A stretch of DNA of 64,000 bases from Phoronis australis (taxonomy: Eukaryota > Animalia > Phoronida), in NCBI GenBank assembly GCA_002633005.1, contig NMRA01000546.1, positions 178,106 to 242,105 on the forward strand, given 5' to 3'. This document shows positions 1 through 13,800 of this stretch, piece by piece. Made by a program: the position numbers and the translations under genes. The notes below the pieces were generated by a model, which saw nothing but the letters and a program-made list of their open reading frames with translations, did not search any database and was not told the DNA's origin. Numbering within the stretch: position 1 is the stretch's first letter; each line of letters starts with the position of its first letter.

Positions 1-3000
1 GTTATACCAGCTTTGTCTGGCTCACGCAATGAAGATGTCATTCACGATTAGGACATTGATGGATTGAGGATAACCATTATCACATTTTTATATAACATTT
101 AATATGTAATTGGATACGGAAAAGTTTAACCCTGATCAAATATTTTGAGCAACTAAACTAAAAAACGCAGATGACATGAACAGAAGCATTGCTTCTTGTT
201 TGTTTTTGTCCTATCATTTGTTCAGTATTTTTACGATATTCATTTATCCAAGCAATCATATTCTTAGACAATGCTTATCATTTGGTCATGGCAAAGGCAA
301 AACTAATAATAACTCGCTTTATATCCGCATTTTGCGACCTAGCCAAAATCCGATCTAACCGTCACGAAATCCACGTTGAAAGAAATAAACAAAATGCCAA
401 GTTAAGTTTTAAGCCATCAAGAAAATATTGAGATTATGATTTTACTTGTGGCGTAAAGTCATCCCAAATTTCAGGTCGCATAATTGAATTAATAATGTTT
501 GGTGCATCCGTATTTTTCGCTACTGCTATGGAAACCCCTTGAAGCTAATCGAATCCAATCCGAGTGCCTTCGTGTTTGCTCCTTATCACCGAATACACTG
601 TACGTGCCATATCATTTTGCAGAAAATAGATTAGCCTCGAAACTACACGTGACCGCAACATGCATGTTGCACGGATTACTTCTCCTTTGGAGACATCAAC
701 CGAGTTCGGGAATATTTTTTAAACATTGATGAAGGAGAGGTTCCTTTGGGAAACAAATCTTTTTGTTAAGCAGAATAAGTGTGTGACCCACTACACTCTG
801 TGTATGTGACAAATTTCAACCACGCGGTCGCAAACAGAAGTTGTTGTCTCCGTGGACCACTAAACGCCTAAATACACTGCCACTCAAAACATTGGTCCGG
901 TTAACGCATATTAAACGCATCTTGCAGTATTGAAAATCAATTTTAGCAAGGTAAATTAATAGTGGGGGCTTGCCAGAGCTGTTGGCGGTTTATTGCATTT
1001 TGTCAAAAGTTAAGTGTGGCGATTAGTAGACCAGTGGGCGCTTGTTATGAAACGTTTGAAAGGTCGACAACAGGCGCAAACTTGAGTATGGTCGTTATTC
1101 CGAATGGTTGCGGACTAAAAAATATAAAGACGACCAAAAAAGAAATGAAGAAATGACGCAACACCATATTTTTGTCCAACGCACACAACCAAGGCGTGAT
1201 GGTGTGGACTTCGTTAACACCCAATTGTTTTATAGGCATGCGCAATTTTTTTCAAACCCTTTTTTGGTTGATGTTTCAGTCAGAACACTATTTTTTCAAG
1301 CAAGTTTTAAAAATCGGTGACCTAGTCGACTGATGCTCTGAGGAGTAAAAAATTGGCATGTTACGAATAGAAGAATAAAATAATCGCTCAAAAGTTTACC
1401 TGTGCTTGTTTAAAAAATAAGTTCCAATAGTTGCATGTACCATCTCACAATTTGTCTGCTGAACAAGGGGTCGTTTGCCTATTAGTGGATCTAGGGTCGT
1501 AATTTACTCGCTTTCTGTAATTTTCGGAAAACAAGACGCATGTTCAAACAGGCTTTTACTTTCCCATTCCGAATCGTGATCCCCTGCCTTGACTCGACCG
1601 TGAGCACAAAGAACAAAACCAAGCAGTGTCTGATTGGGATCTACTATCTGCATTGGCGTCGCTCCATATCGGTGAGGAGATGGCTGTACACCCCACTGTT
1701 TTCATTACCCCATGGATTACGGGCGTTCATCCACAGGGGGTCTAGGGGCTATAACCCCCTCTTTCTTCAGTGCTGCTCTTCCCATGATCTGGGCTATTAT
1801 AATTTGATAATCCTGACAATTTACTCAAAAATGATGTTTTTTCCAAGAAAAAATTTGGTAACTTGATCGTTTGAACATTATTGTAAACGTCACTGTTTTG
1901 TGACGTTTTACCACGTGGCCTGGAATATTCTTCGGCACATCCGATAATTTGAAAAAATACCCAAAAAACGCGTCAAAAACTCTTTCTGCATTATTTCAAG
2001 TTTTTGCGATACATATATGTTTTACAAATGCTAGTCATTTATCGTGCTGTTCTCCATTAGTGTTCTTTTGAGCTTAATTTGACGATAAAAATATGGTGGC
2101 GCCCACATGAGTTGTTTCATACATGCCAGGTTTCTGCCCAGAGGTGTACGTGTAAAGACTCAGTACGGTTATGTTGGGGATTCAAATGCGCATATTGCGA
2201 CTTGATACGAGTGGCCAAAATCTCAGCTCGCATGAAAAGTTGGGTCCGTACAGTAGTACACCAGTAACGTGTCAAGAATGAATTCAATACAGTGGCGAAA
2301 CTAGGATATCATAAAGTGGGGCGACATTTTGTCTCTGGAATTCGCAAGCACGATTGCATGCAAGCACCCAGCATAAACCGGAATTCTAACCTTTTATTGA
2401 AAACCATCCACTAAAAAAGATTGCGCCGTTGGTCTGAGCCCTCCCCCACACGCTCAACCAAATTAAAACTGGGCTCATTATTAAATATTGTCTCAGAAGC
2501 ATGTTCATTACGGCGATTAAATAATGAACTAAGTATTTCCTCTAACCCTTGCTGCTTTATTTTTGCGGCAGCCAAGGGGGTGTGGTTGAGGCGGCAAAAT
2601 TAAAGCGAACGCATTAACTTTGCCTTGATTTCAATCCTGCGTCATCTGTATTGCTAAATTGTGTAGGAGGTTTTGAAAATTGTGGTGAAACGCAGTACAG
2701 TGTTGACATCCAAATGCATGTTTACTTATTGATTTCCAGATTGTCTTCTTTTAATAGATGGGGTGATGTTCACGTGACGCATTGTACTTCTGCGGTGATT
2801 TTTCATAAACGACGAAATTTTAAAGATTTATCCACGTAAAGATATTTTTCAAACAGGCAGTTGTTTTCAAGTTCAACATGTTACTATGATTTTGGGTCTG
2901 AGTGCCATATTCTATTACGCATTATTATCAATCTGCACGTATTTTTGTTTATTTTGTTTATTTACTAACCGTGTGGTCCAAGTGGCCGTCTGCTAGTCGT

Positions 3001-3824
3001 GACGTAACATCAAAGTGCGGCTTATGTTCAAAATGTAGAATTTTTTGTACTCCGTGTTTGTTTATCAGCAAAGCAATGGTGATCTTCCCTTTGAATATGA
3101 AATTCTTTGAGAATTCAAAATCTTAGCATTTCCCTCTTTAAACACCATGTTAAGGTAAAATATCGATATCTTAAAATTTCTGGTACAAAATAGAAAATTA
3201 TAAGCATGCTTTCAACCCCATTTAGAACGTCTGCACGTCAAACGAATGTCAAACAACTCAAATAGAAGAATTATAGCTTTATGGTGATTGGTCATGGTCT
3301 CTTTAATTGGTTCATTGGGATAAGGAAATGCCCCTTTAAATATTTTCAAGAACAGGCAAATGTATCAATTTATGGCGTGTACACGTGAAAATTGTAGCCT
3401 ACGGCAAAGCGCTATTTTTAAAAGCAACGATTCGCCTGGCCAGACCACTGCCACGTCGTTTCAAGAGAGGAGAGCAGAACCTATTCTTAAAGGCGAAGGC
3501 AACCTTTTTCCATGTCATTTTGAGCTAAAATAAGGTTGGTTGGTTATTCTAAACATATGATCCACTTAATTACAGCTTTTCGTAATTTTATTAATTACTC
3601 GTCCGCTACTCCGGAAGTGACGTTTTAGGAGGCAAGCGTTTCCCGCCACTTGGTTTTGCGTTGACTTTACCGTGCGAATCTGTTCTATTCTACTTTTGTT
3701 TTGTGCTGTTTTTCAACAAATGTCGCCACCGCTTTCCATCGGCGAGTATTCTGCGGCAAGATAGGTTAGAAGAGAACTCAACTACGTTGAATTTAGGGAT
3801 TGTTTAGTGTGTTGTAAGCTGTAA

Positions 3825-4060
3825 ATGGCTGGAGTCGGTGACCCGTATCACAGTGGCAGTAGTGTGATTGACGGAGACCTTGTTCACAGCAGTGGTGACG
3901 AGGAATTTTTTCACGGACATTCAGTGGGTGGGGACAGTTTGAGCCCGAGTGTAACGAGGCAGAGTACGCACAGGCACAGGCAGCTGTTGAGAGAAACGAG
4001 GCGGCTACTGAAGACAGACGTGGTGACACATCTTGGTGCAAATGCACTGTGTGCGTTGAT
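3825..4060 (+). pseudogene. 5' remnant of KolX accessory gene (P2X7 C-terminal/ballast-like Cys-rich family)
   Basis: After a frameshift near 3930 it reads QFEPECNE...EDRRGDTSWCKCTVCVD, the FEP...WCxCxxC signature. Confidence 0.75.
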
Positions 4061-4064
4061 ATCG

Positions 4065-4840
4065 GCCTACCTCAATGGAATGCATATCACGGACAGAGGA
4101 ACAACTGTCCCACTCAGTTGCCAGAGTCTCCCGCGACACACTCCCACTAAATGGTGATCTGAGCACCCAAACTGCTTACATCGTGTCGTGTGACTCCCTC
4201 GCCACACATCTGGCACCTTCTAAATAGACAAGTCTACAATAAACTTATCAAAGTTTGCCTCACCGATCTGTTCACTGAACGACAAACTGTCCTCCCCAGT
4301 GGGTGTCGAACTGGGCCTGTAATCACTCCCACTACTCAATATCGCTGCAGGGCTGGTAATGGGCTGGAGAAAACAGCACAGGGCGAATCACTACTGGTTC
4401 CAGGTATTGCACGCTTTGGGGTACGTTCGGAGGCACGGGTGACAGTAGATGAAGTGCCTCCCCTGGCTCCAGTCACTGTACTGGCCACAGCTCGCAAAGC
4501 TTCTCGCCTCAAAAAACGCACTTCTCAGGGGTGGCGACGGGGCACTGCCGGGAATCAACACAGACGGAATGGCATCCTTCTTCAGGCGTTGTTTCGCAGG
4601 AACCTTCATCAGTTCAGCGTACAAATCCCTTTCGTAACCGGAGGACAGAAAGTGCTTGCTGCACACACGGTAATTCTACACTGCTCTGTACGTTGCGTGG
4701 ACGGGTAACGCTGCGTTCTTCACACGAACGAGCCAAGTACGGCGAAGTGTGTCATCCAACGGAAAGCGATGCAAAGGTACTCCCAAAGCGCGCGTGAGCC
4801 GATAACTAGTATATTCCGGTACGCAGCAACAGTGTGGCAT
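4065..4840 (-). pseudogene. 5' remnant of Kolobok transposase: THAP domain plus second Cys/His zinc motif
   Basis: ATG at 4840: MPHCCCVPE...LHRFPLDDTLRRTWLVRV /frameshift/ NYRVCSKHF...LKKDAIPSV; downstream FRRCQMCG...GAQITI*WECVAGDSGN* with stops. Confidence 0.85.
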
Positions 4841-5104
4841 GTTGACTGACTACTAAATGAAAGCAAACGACAGCGGAACTTAACACAACCGAGGTAGAAC
4901 AATTACTGACTCGGCAGCTCTCACAGTCAGACTGTATGAAAAGAAATTGGCGCGAAATGCTTGCCTCCTAAAACGTCACTTCCGCAGAAGCGGACGAGTA
5001 ATTAATAAATTACGAAAAGCTGTAATTAAGTGGAAAATATGTCTAGGATAACCAACCAGCCTTATTTTAGCTCAAAATGACATGGAAAAAGGTTGCCTTC
5101 GCCT

Positions 5105-5201
5105 TTAACCCTAACCCTAACCCTTACCCTAATCCTAACCCTAATCTTAACCATAACGCCAACACTAAAACCTAACACTAACCACGAACCCTAACCCTAA
5201 C
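5105..5201. repeat. Degenerate (CCCTAA)n telomere-like tract
   Basis: ttaaccctaaccctaacccttaccctaatcctaaccctaat...gaaccctaaccctaac. Confidence 0.9.
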
Positions 5202-7704
5202 GACGACCACTGCAGCGACTNTGGATCATGAAATTAATCACTACGAGTGATTATCACCCTGCTGTAGGTACATGTAACTAGTGAACACTCGGGTCTTGGA
5301 ATTGTATTTGTAAAGTAAGAAGAAGCGACATGTTCCAATTCTTGATCTTTAACCCCGATGCCCTGTTCTAACGGTCACTAATATATTGTGAACTCAAAAT
5401 TTATTTCTCAACACGATTAAAACGATCGCAATGACGTTGTTTGATTTAATTCAGAAGCCATTTGATGCTCAAATACAGGTTTTGAGCATTTCAGTGAAAT
5501 GAAATGCAGTGTTGACGTGCAAATGCATCTCTAGTTATGAACTCCAAAATATCTTTTAATAGAGGCTTGGAACCCGATAAACAAACTGAATTGAAATATT
5601 GGAAGTAATTCTTCACCACTGAAACAGATTTCAACCAGCTTACCTGGTCTTTTTAAGTTTTGTTCGTAAATATTTTTAATTTCTTTTGATGTCAGAGCAT
5701 TTTCTGTCATTTCCAAATTACAAAAATAAAATCTGTCAACTGCAAATGCGTGATTTCTCTGTAAATTTAGTAACAGGGGAAAGTGAATTCCTCTGTATTA
5801 GACGAGATTGGAATTTCATGAGAATTTGATTAAATGATACATTTAACATCTGCCGTGCAACCTGTTATCATTAATTTTGGTATGGATTATATGATTCTAT
5901 GACGCATAATTTTCCATTTGTACTCATCATTTATACGTCTGTTTCTATATTTTGTTCGACTAACCTTCGGGTTCAAGTGGCCGTCGGCAAGTGGAGGCGT
6001 AACATCAAAATGCAGCTTATGTTGATGTTAACTCTTTGTGTCAAAAAATTCAAAATTCGTCCAGTTTCATGATATTTGTCATGGTCATAGTCTCTTTAAT
6101 TGGTTCCCCGTGATAAGGAAATGCCCCTTTAAATATATTCAAGAACAGGCAAATGTATCAATTTATCGCGTGTACACGCGAAAACTGGCCGGCAAAGCGC
6201 TCTTTTTAAAAGCAGCAGTTCGCTTAGTCAGGCCACTGCCTCGACGTCTGAAGACTCAGAACAGCAGAACAATTCGTTTGGACTTTTGGCAAAATGGAAA
6301 CTACGTGATGTATTGACTTTTCTGAACATGAATCCTGATAAGAGGAAAGGTTTTGGTAAAATGTGTTTAATTTGTAGAGAAGAATTTGCGCTTTTCCAGG
6401 ACGTTTTGTCTGTTAGCAATTTGTTCAATACCATTAGGGCTGTCGTCCAAGATGGCCGAACCGATCCAAACAAGTGACCCAAATTTCGCCACAAAAATTG
6501 CAATAACTTTGCACNTCTCTTTAATTGATTCCTCGCGATAAGGAAATGCCCCTTTAAATATATTCAAGAACAGGTTAATGTATCAATTTATCACGTGTAC
6601 ACGCGAAAACTGGCCGGCAAAGCGCTCTTTCAAAAGCAGCAGTTCTCTTGGCCAGGTCACTGCCTCGACGTCTGGAGACTCAGAACAGCAGAACAATGCG
6701 TTTGCATTTTTGGCAAAATGGGAATTACGTGATGTATTGACTTTGCTGAACATCAATCTTGATAAGAGGAATGGTTTTGGTAAAATGTGTTTTATTTGTA
6801 GAGAAGAGTTTGTCCTGTTCCAGGACGTTTTCTCACTTAGCAATTTGTTCAATACCATTGTCATTAACAAGTTGAATTGTTCTCTGTGTACTTGTTCTTA
6901 ACCAGTAACACATCATATACCAAGGATTGCTTAACTGAATTAATTTCCTTAAACTACTTCATAATTCAGTTGCATTTAATAATAACCTATTCCAATATTA
7001 TTTTAATCATGCATTAATGTTCTGTCTTAATTCAATTCCTGTTTGTTAATGACCCAAATTTGTTAGAAACTATTTTGGACCTCGGGGAGAAGTGAAACTG
7101 TTAAATTGATACACCCAGCAGGTATTCGGGTAGATAAACTAACAAAACCAGGCGACCCCGTAAGTTTTACCCATACATGTATAATCGCTGCTTTCACATA
7201 GAGCACATTTGGTTTCAACAATGCCGTCTATTACATCGTATTTTATGTCAAAAAATATTTTCCGGCAATCTCCATTTCGTCTTGTTTAGCTGGCTAAAAA
7301 ACAAAAATTCAGTTATTTTTTTACTCTCATAAATTGATCTCATCAAGATTATTATTAAGTTTGAATAAAGTCACGTTTTTGTCAATAAAAGTGATAGACT
7401 GTAGCTTGGTTTAGCTAAAACTAGTCGTCCAGACTTTGATAAAAGTTTTCATATTTCTAAGAACATGTATGTCTTCGCACTGAGAATTTTCAACATTAAC
7501 AAATGTACTGCTATAGTGACGTAAACTTGTTCTTTAAAATGGTGATCTGTTCCAACCACGACTAATAAATTACCTGGTTAACAGAGAATAAATTTGGCAA
7601 TTCTGTGTACAAATGTATTTCAACCTTTGCATGACGAGTAATTAAGATTCACAGTGAAGTTAGTGATTGTGAAGTTTGCTATAACTTGTTCATTGTTTCT
7701 GCAG

Positions 7705-7800
7705 GACAGCACAGCACTTCACCTGGCAGCAGAGAGGGGCAGGACGGAGGTGGTGAGGGTGCTGGTGCAGGGTGGGGCCGATGTAGACGTGCGAGACAAG
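7705..7800 (+). CDS. Ankyrin-repeat exon 1 (DSTALHLAAERGRTEVVRVLVQGGADVDVRDK)
   Basis: tttctgcag acceptor, AAG|GTAATA donor, 96 nt, phase 0-0, matches the ANK consensus TxLHxAAxxG...GADV. Confidence 0.93.
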
Positions 7801-10800
7801 GTAATAGAAACTACTTGAGCCGACATTAGAATTAAGACAATGTTATCTTTATTACAAAAGCAGTAGACTATGTGAAATTTTACTAAATATTTGGTGTATA
7901 AATACACTTTTCATATCTCATGATTTCAAAAAGTATTTTTCAATCTGTACCGTGTACATGCATCTTACGAAACATTGAGGTTTGAATTGTGTCAACAATA
8001 TATTTATTGACTTAACGTTGATACTTTTCTATTCTTAATGACAATCGTCCATTCAACATTACAATTTTATATTAAACACGAAGCCAGAAAATCGGTGAAG
8101 AAATACAACATGGCTGGATCGCTGTCAAGTTATGGAGGAACTCTGTAATTTCTGGCAATCGACGTCTACAACATGTTCTGTTGTTACAGCAACACTTGAT
8201 TCTTGAAATCATTACAAATATTTTAGCATCTTAGAGGGGTCAGTAATGTTTCATTGATGTCATCTTACAAGTTCACTTTCCCCCGTGTATGTTAATTAGC
8301 TCTAAACGTTGATCGTCCATTCACACATCTCCATTATATATTACATAGGATGGCGTGACACCGCTGCACAGGGCAGCAGAGGAGGGTCATACAGACATAG
8401 TGAAGCTGTTGTTGGCCAACAAGGCCAGTGTAGATGTACGTGATAAGGTAAGTAATGACACACAGGTTGTTTAGTTGAACTAGTTGTTAACAAACACGAT
8501 GATTAAAACTGTTTAGGAACACATTTCGTTGATATTTTTCACAATTTATTGTCCAAAAACAATGACAAGTTCAATGTCGTCTGCTTTTCTTGGTGAAGAA
8601 CCAAAGCTGCGTAGAGTTGTAACATGTTCTGTAACGTTTTAAAATGTGTAACAATTGATTCTTGAAATCATTACAAATATTGTAGCGTCTTAGAGGGGTC
8701 AGTAATGTTTCATTTATGTCATCTTACAAGTTCACTTTCCCCCGTGTATGTTTATTAGCTCTAAACGTTGATCGTCCATTCAAACATCTCCATTATATAT
8801 TACATAGGGGGGCGAGACACCGCTGTACATGGCAGCACGGTGTGGTCATACAGACATAGTGAAGCTGCTGTTGGCCAACAAGGCCAGTGTAGATATACGT
8901 GATGAGTGGGTAAGTAATGACACACAGGTTGTTTAGTTGAACTAGTTGTTTACACAACGATGATGAACCCACAACATGTGACTCGGCTGAATCATTCAAT
9001 GATTTAATTAATCGTGATTTATGATTTCATTTTAAACATTGACATTTTTGTTGCATTCCACCGCACGTGACGTGACGTGCACGCGACTTTAACTAATTAT
9101 AAACAGTTTTTAGTTCACCTAGACTTGCACAGTGACTTGGTTCTTTGCTTGCATTTCCACAGCACTCATTAAATGAATGTCGATATGTTGTAATGTATAA
9201 GATCAAGTTGTTATATTTAAAACACTATTTCTTTCTACATCAGATCAGAACAACAGCTAAAAAATCCCGCGCAAGTTATGTCTGAATTTAAATGTCAGGT
9301 TTTAGTCTGTCCTGTTGAGTCACTCACTTTATCAGTATTGCAACTGATGTTGAAGTTTAAACTGGAAAAGTATAAAACTCGACCTGTTCACCCACCCACA
9401 TCACTATGTATGATGCTGATCAACATTATCTATTTTTGTTCACTTACTGTAGTTTGGTAACACACCGCTGCACGCGGCGTCAGCAGGTGGACATACAGAG
9501 ATAGTGAAACTGCTGTGCATGGAAAGCGGCTGCGACGTCAATACCGTCAACGAGGTATTGCAAGAGTGTTGCACTCTTTGAATAGTTGAGACTGCAATTA
9601 ATGTGTTTTAAATGTAATATGAGTTCGTAAAACTATTCATTCGTAATAAATATCTTGTCAAAAATGATCTCTCTCCTACGTACAATGTAATAATTCGGCA
9701 CACAATAAAAACAGACCAAACGCGCTTTCAACGGCAGACAACAGCCACAGGTTCAGATTTTCTCACTGTTTTAATTATAAAACAAGCAGGTTTTTAATCG
9801 GAATGAGATGCGCATTTAGTAAATCTCTCTGAAGGTTTTAACCTCGCTTGGTTTAATGTCGCCATTATTTAGAAATCCATTTATCCATGTGTTTTAGCCC
9901 CATGGCTTAACTGTACATGTATTTCAACGCCGCCACATAACCGAGTTTGTTCCTGCCATGGTCGGATTTACTATTCTATGATGTTGAAATCTAGGGCGTG
10001 ACTGAGGCAAATTCCCGGGCAGTCCGTCGAAAGCACAAATCCTTTTATCACGGTGCCAAGCCGAGCCCTCTGAACCTAGAAAACGAGCTGTGATCCACAA
10101 TAAATGTAAATCCAAAGTTTGTGTATACATGTGCAGGTTCTTTAAATCGTGTATACACTGAAGCTGGTTTGTTTACGGTTTGTGCGTGAATGTTGTTGTC
10201 GGAAACAGTACCGTGTTTTTTACCTGTCGTCTGCTTCACATGTTACAAAATATGGCATCGTGCTTCATCTCTTTGATTTCTCGTCTTCTTGCTATGTCAG
10301 CAAGTTTTATTGTTTGGTTGCGGAAACTTTTAAAGTTATAAGGATGTATTTCATCATTTCAATGCGGGGCTTGTGTTGTCGTACGTGATTTCTTTTTGAA
10401 ACATCTTGATTAGGAGTGGACGTGATTTTTGTTGGTGACCACGTTATCAAAAGTTTCGTGTGTCAAACATGCAATTATCAATCCAAATATCTCATTGACC
10501 ACTTTCGAAATGTATTACAGGAACTTAAAAATGATGTAGGAACTTACAGTGTATCCGAGGTCGACAGCATTGGAGAATGAATACTCGGGATGTACGGAAC
10601 CGATTTTCAGTTTGGTGAGCAGTGCTCACAAGATACACGGAGTTTGAGGATTAATTCATTCAACAAAATATTCCATCAAAAAGAACGACTTCCTGCTTCA
10701 TAACCACTTCTTTGCATATTTAATTTCAGTTATTAAACCGAATTGTCATTTCTTTCTTTCTTAGCTATGAATGTGTTGGTTAACCCCAGTTTCATTCAAA

Positions 10801-13800
10801 TTGTTATTTCAGATGAATATTGGCTGCACGTTCTTTTATGCTCCTTTAATGTCAATACAATTATCTAAGTTCGCCAACTTCAAGCTGAAAGAATTCAAAT
10901 TGATGCAGGAATATCTTGCAGAAAAATAAATTAATTACAAGTGGGTGCTTACTTCACTAAAAACCTTGAAAGTGACAAGTCATTGAGATAGTAATGTTTA
11001 TGTTACAAAAGGCCAGGTTGATGCCATTAATTGCGTTTCGTTTAAACTAAAGGTGGCGGTATGTGATGGTCTCGATGGTGTACGTGTGTCGGTGAAGTTG
11101 ATTTTACTTGTAAACATGTTATTTATAGGATTATATATTTATTACCCAGGTTAAAAAGCATCACTTAAAAAACATCACTTCAGCAGAGCAAAAACAAACA
11201 AAATCAAAGAGCAGAACAATCGCTTTCTTAGAATTTTACAAATCTGCAAGGGAATAAAAGATTAATTCGTTTGCTCAGTTGCAGTTGATTCAGCGAACTA
11301 AGTTGACCAAGGTGAATACGTTTTTGATCATTTTGATGATTTTGTGTTTCTTCTGACATAGGCGGAAACATTTCTATCAAAGTTGTTTCACATCTTGACG
11401 AGCTTAACAGCATTTTGCCTCTCTCTTAACCTAAACAATGCCAAAAGTGAAAAATTTCAGGATAGGGCAGTCAGTGTGCACTGTGTAAAAATGCTTAACT
11501 GGGTGAAAAACACACGACGGTGAGTCGCCTAGCGCCCGTGAGCTACACGTATCATTCAAACCCTTTGTAAACAACGCACTATACTTTTCCATCACATGTT
11601 CAAGCCATGCGGCGGCAGAGTACTTTAGTATTTGCCCGTATCCGTGAAATAATGAAGAGTTGGCTCGGGGAAATGATCCAATACTTTGTGTTACCGATTG
11701 AGTACTGTGCAACTTTGAATTAGTCTGATCTTGGCCAACCGTCGTATTCTTTACTTTTCTAGCAATGCACATTGTCAAACTGTTCAAGTTTTTGACCGAT
11801 GGTGAAACCGGCGCATCACATATGCCGTAGCCTTCACTTTCCGTTCTACTATAATGAAAAACGGGATGTATCTTATGTTGCGACACTCTTACAAGTAAAT
11901 ATCCAGTAGAATTAAGACAAAAATTTCGGGCGCTAGAGGGCGTCACATCACCCGTAATCTTCGTTTGACGAAACGATGTCTGGTCGTTTCTTCTGTTGCT
12001 GCGATCTTGTCACCATTTCTTTAAGCAGACCCAGATGTACCGCTTTGTATCTTGGTGACGTGTTTTTTACTCAAATTGTCACTTTCCCTTCTCTAATATT
12101 TACTACATGTGGGTGATCCAAATAACATTGTCTCTTTCATGACTATTGTTATATTGTTATTTTTCACACAGCAGATTCTTTAGCAACATACATGTAGCAG
12201 TCGTAAATTAGGTTGCAGTCTCTCGTTTACAGTAATGCAATGTATCGCTGATTTTTATAGTTTATGATGCAATAACTTCCTTTCTAAAATCAACACGCTT
12301 CCCAATAGTGTCCGAACTTTGCTCACGGGTTCATATCCATTTTATTGAAACTCAGCATTGAGAAATGGAAATATAACGTGCAAGTTTTTTAAAAGTCACA
12401 CTGGTATAGCCTATACAGTACACATTAATTGACATTTGGCAGTGTAGCCTATACAGTACACATTAATTGACATTTGGCTCAGACTTTGTGGTGCATTTAA
12501 CGTAGCTCCTATTATTTTAAATAATTGATTTTCCGGTCACTAAGCTAAAAACAGCGGGTGCCATACAAATTCCCCTTTCCTCTACACACGTGTGTACTTT
12601 GGTTAAACCGTCATGTAACGCTTCAATAAATACATAATACAGCGTCTTGGTTCCCAAGTTCCACATTCCTTAAATTAGGGTTACCAATCTGATGTAAACT
12701 AAAGTCTTAAAAATTGACGTTTTGGTTCATTTTGACCCACGATAGTCAAATGGCACATCTGCCACCCCTCCAGGATCGCAAGTTCCGAATGTTTTTATTG
12801 TGTGCATACAGCATGGACAGTTTATATAATTAAACACGAAATTGTCTTCTAACTGCGTTCCACACGTCGTGTATGCCAGATAAAATGCCAACTAGGCAAA
12901 ACGGTTCTGACTCCTATTGTGTCGAGAATATATTTGATTGGAATCTCGAAAGATTGGCATGCGACACATGCAAATCAGTTGCAGAACGTCTACAGAACAT
13001 CGAGCAATGTTGTCCACAGTTAGTCAGTCGGCGTCGTTAACAGGAGTAAACTGAAATGATATTGTACAGTGACGACGTTGGTAATTTATGTATTGGGCTA
13101 GTCCTTGAATTGAAATTAAAATTATAACACGGCTCAATTCTCAGATACCATAAAATTTGTATATGCGTATCGGTTGCAAGTAGCGGAAGACCACAGCACT
13201 GAAAAGAAATGGGCGGCGACATGAATTCTCTTATCTCTGTTCGGCTAGAGTAAACTCTCCGCTACTCAAGGGGGACTTGATTCAAATAAATGATACCTGG
13301 ATCGTTTTGGTTTTGCTTATTTGTCAATTTTTTATACATTTTAAGTTTCCGCGCAACGCTTTTCCACAACCCTAATTCAGCAGTAGGAACATGGCTCCTT
13401 TTCTTTTTGTTTTGTTAAATTTGAAAAACTAGGGTAAAGTCGCGCGATTTTCGGGCACTGACAATTAATTCCGATAGAAAAAATCATTCTTGGACGAATC
13501 TCGTGAAAGATCATTTTTGTGGTGTCCGAATTTGGCGGACCTCCAAATTTGGGTTTCAGCTAGTGTCCAAATTTGGTGGATGTACATTATTTCGATGAGC
13601 GGTCGTAGTATCAACATTGCTGGCTCGGTCATTTGATAGCAGTATAATTGCAGGTCAATGAGACTCAAACGGTCTGCGCGATTTATTTTTGAAAATCTGG
13701 CTTTCCCATTAAGAAATGTGCGTTGTCGACGCACAAAGACCGTTCCCGAGTGTTGGGTCTTCTTTTCAAAGATGCGCATTCTCAATATGAAATATTGGGC

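Larger units (their letters stand above)
3491..5104. mobile_element. Kolobok-superfamily DNA transposon, internally deleted non-autonomous copy
   Basis: TTAA on both sides (3487-3490, 5105-5108); termini AGGCGAAGGCAACC...GGTTGCCTTCGCCT; ~160-bp imperfect TIRs; convergent THAP-transposase and KolX remnants. Confidence 0.9.
2690..6860. repeat. Three related direct copies of a non-coding block (about 2920-3480, 5860-6435, 6516-6858)
   Basis: Shared gataaggaaatgcccctttaaatat..caagaacagg...gtgtacacg in all three; aagtggccgtc in the first two. Confidence 0.85.

Noticed and set aside
4190-4708. 172-aa + strand ORF as a gene
   Set aside because: It is the antisense shadow of the THAP-transposase remnant
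5105-5201. True telomere
   Set aside because: Short, degenerate and internal, with ordinary sequence on both sides
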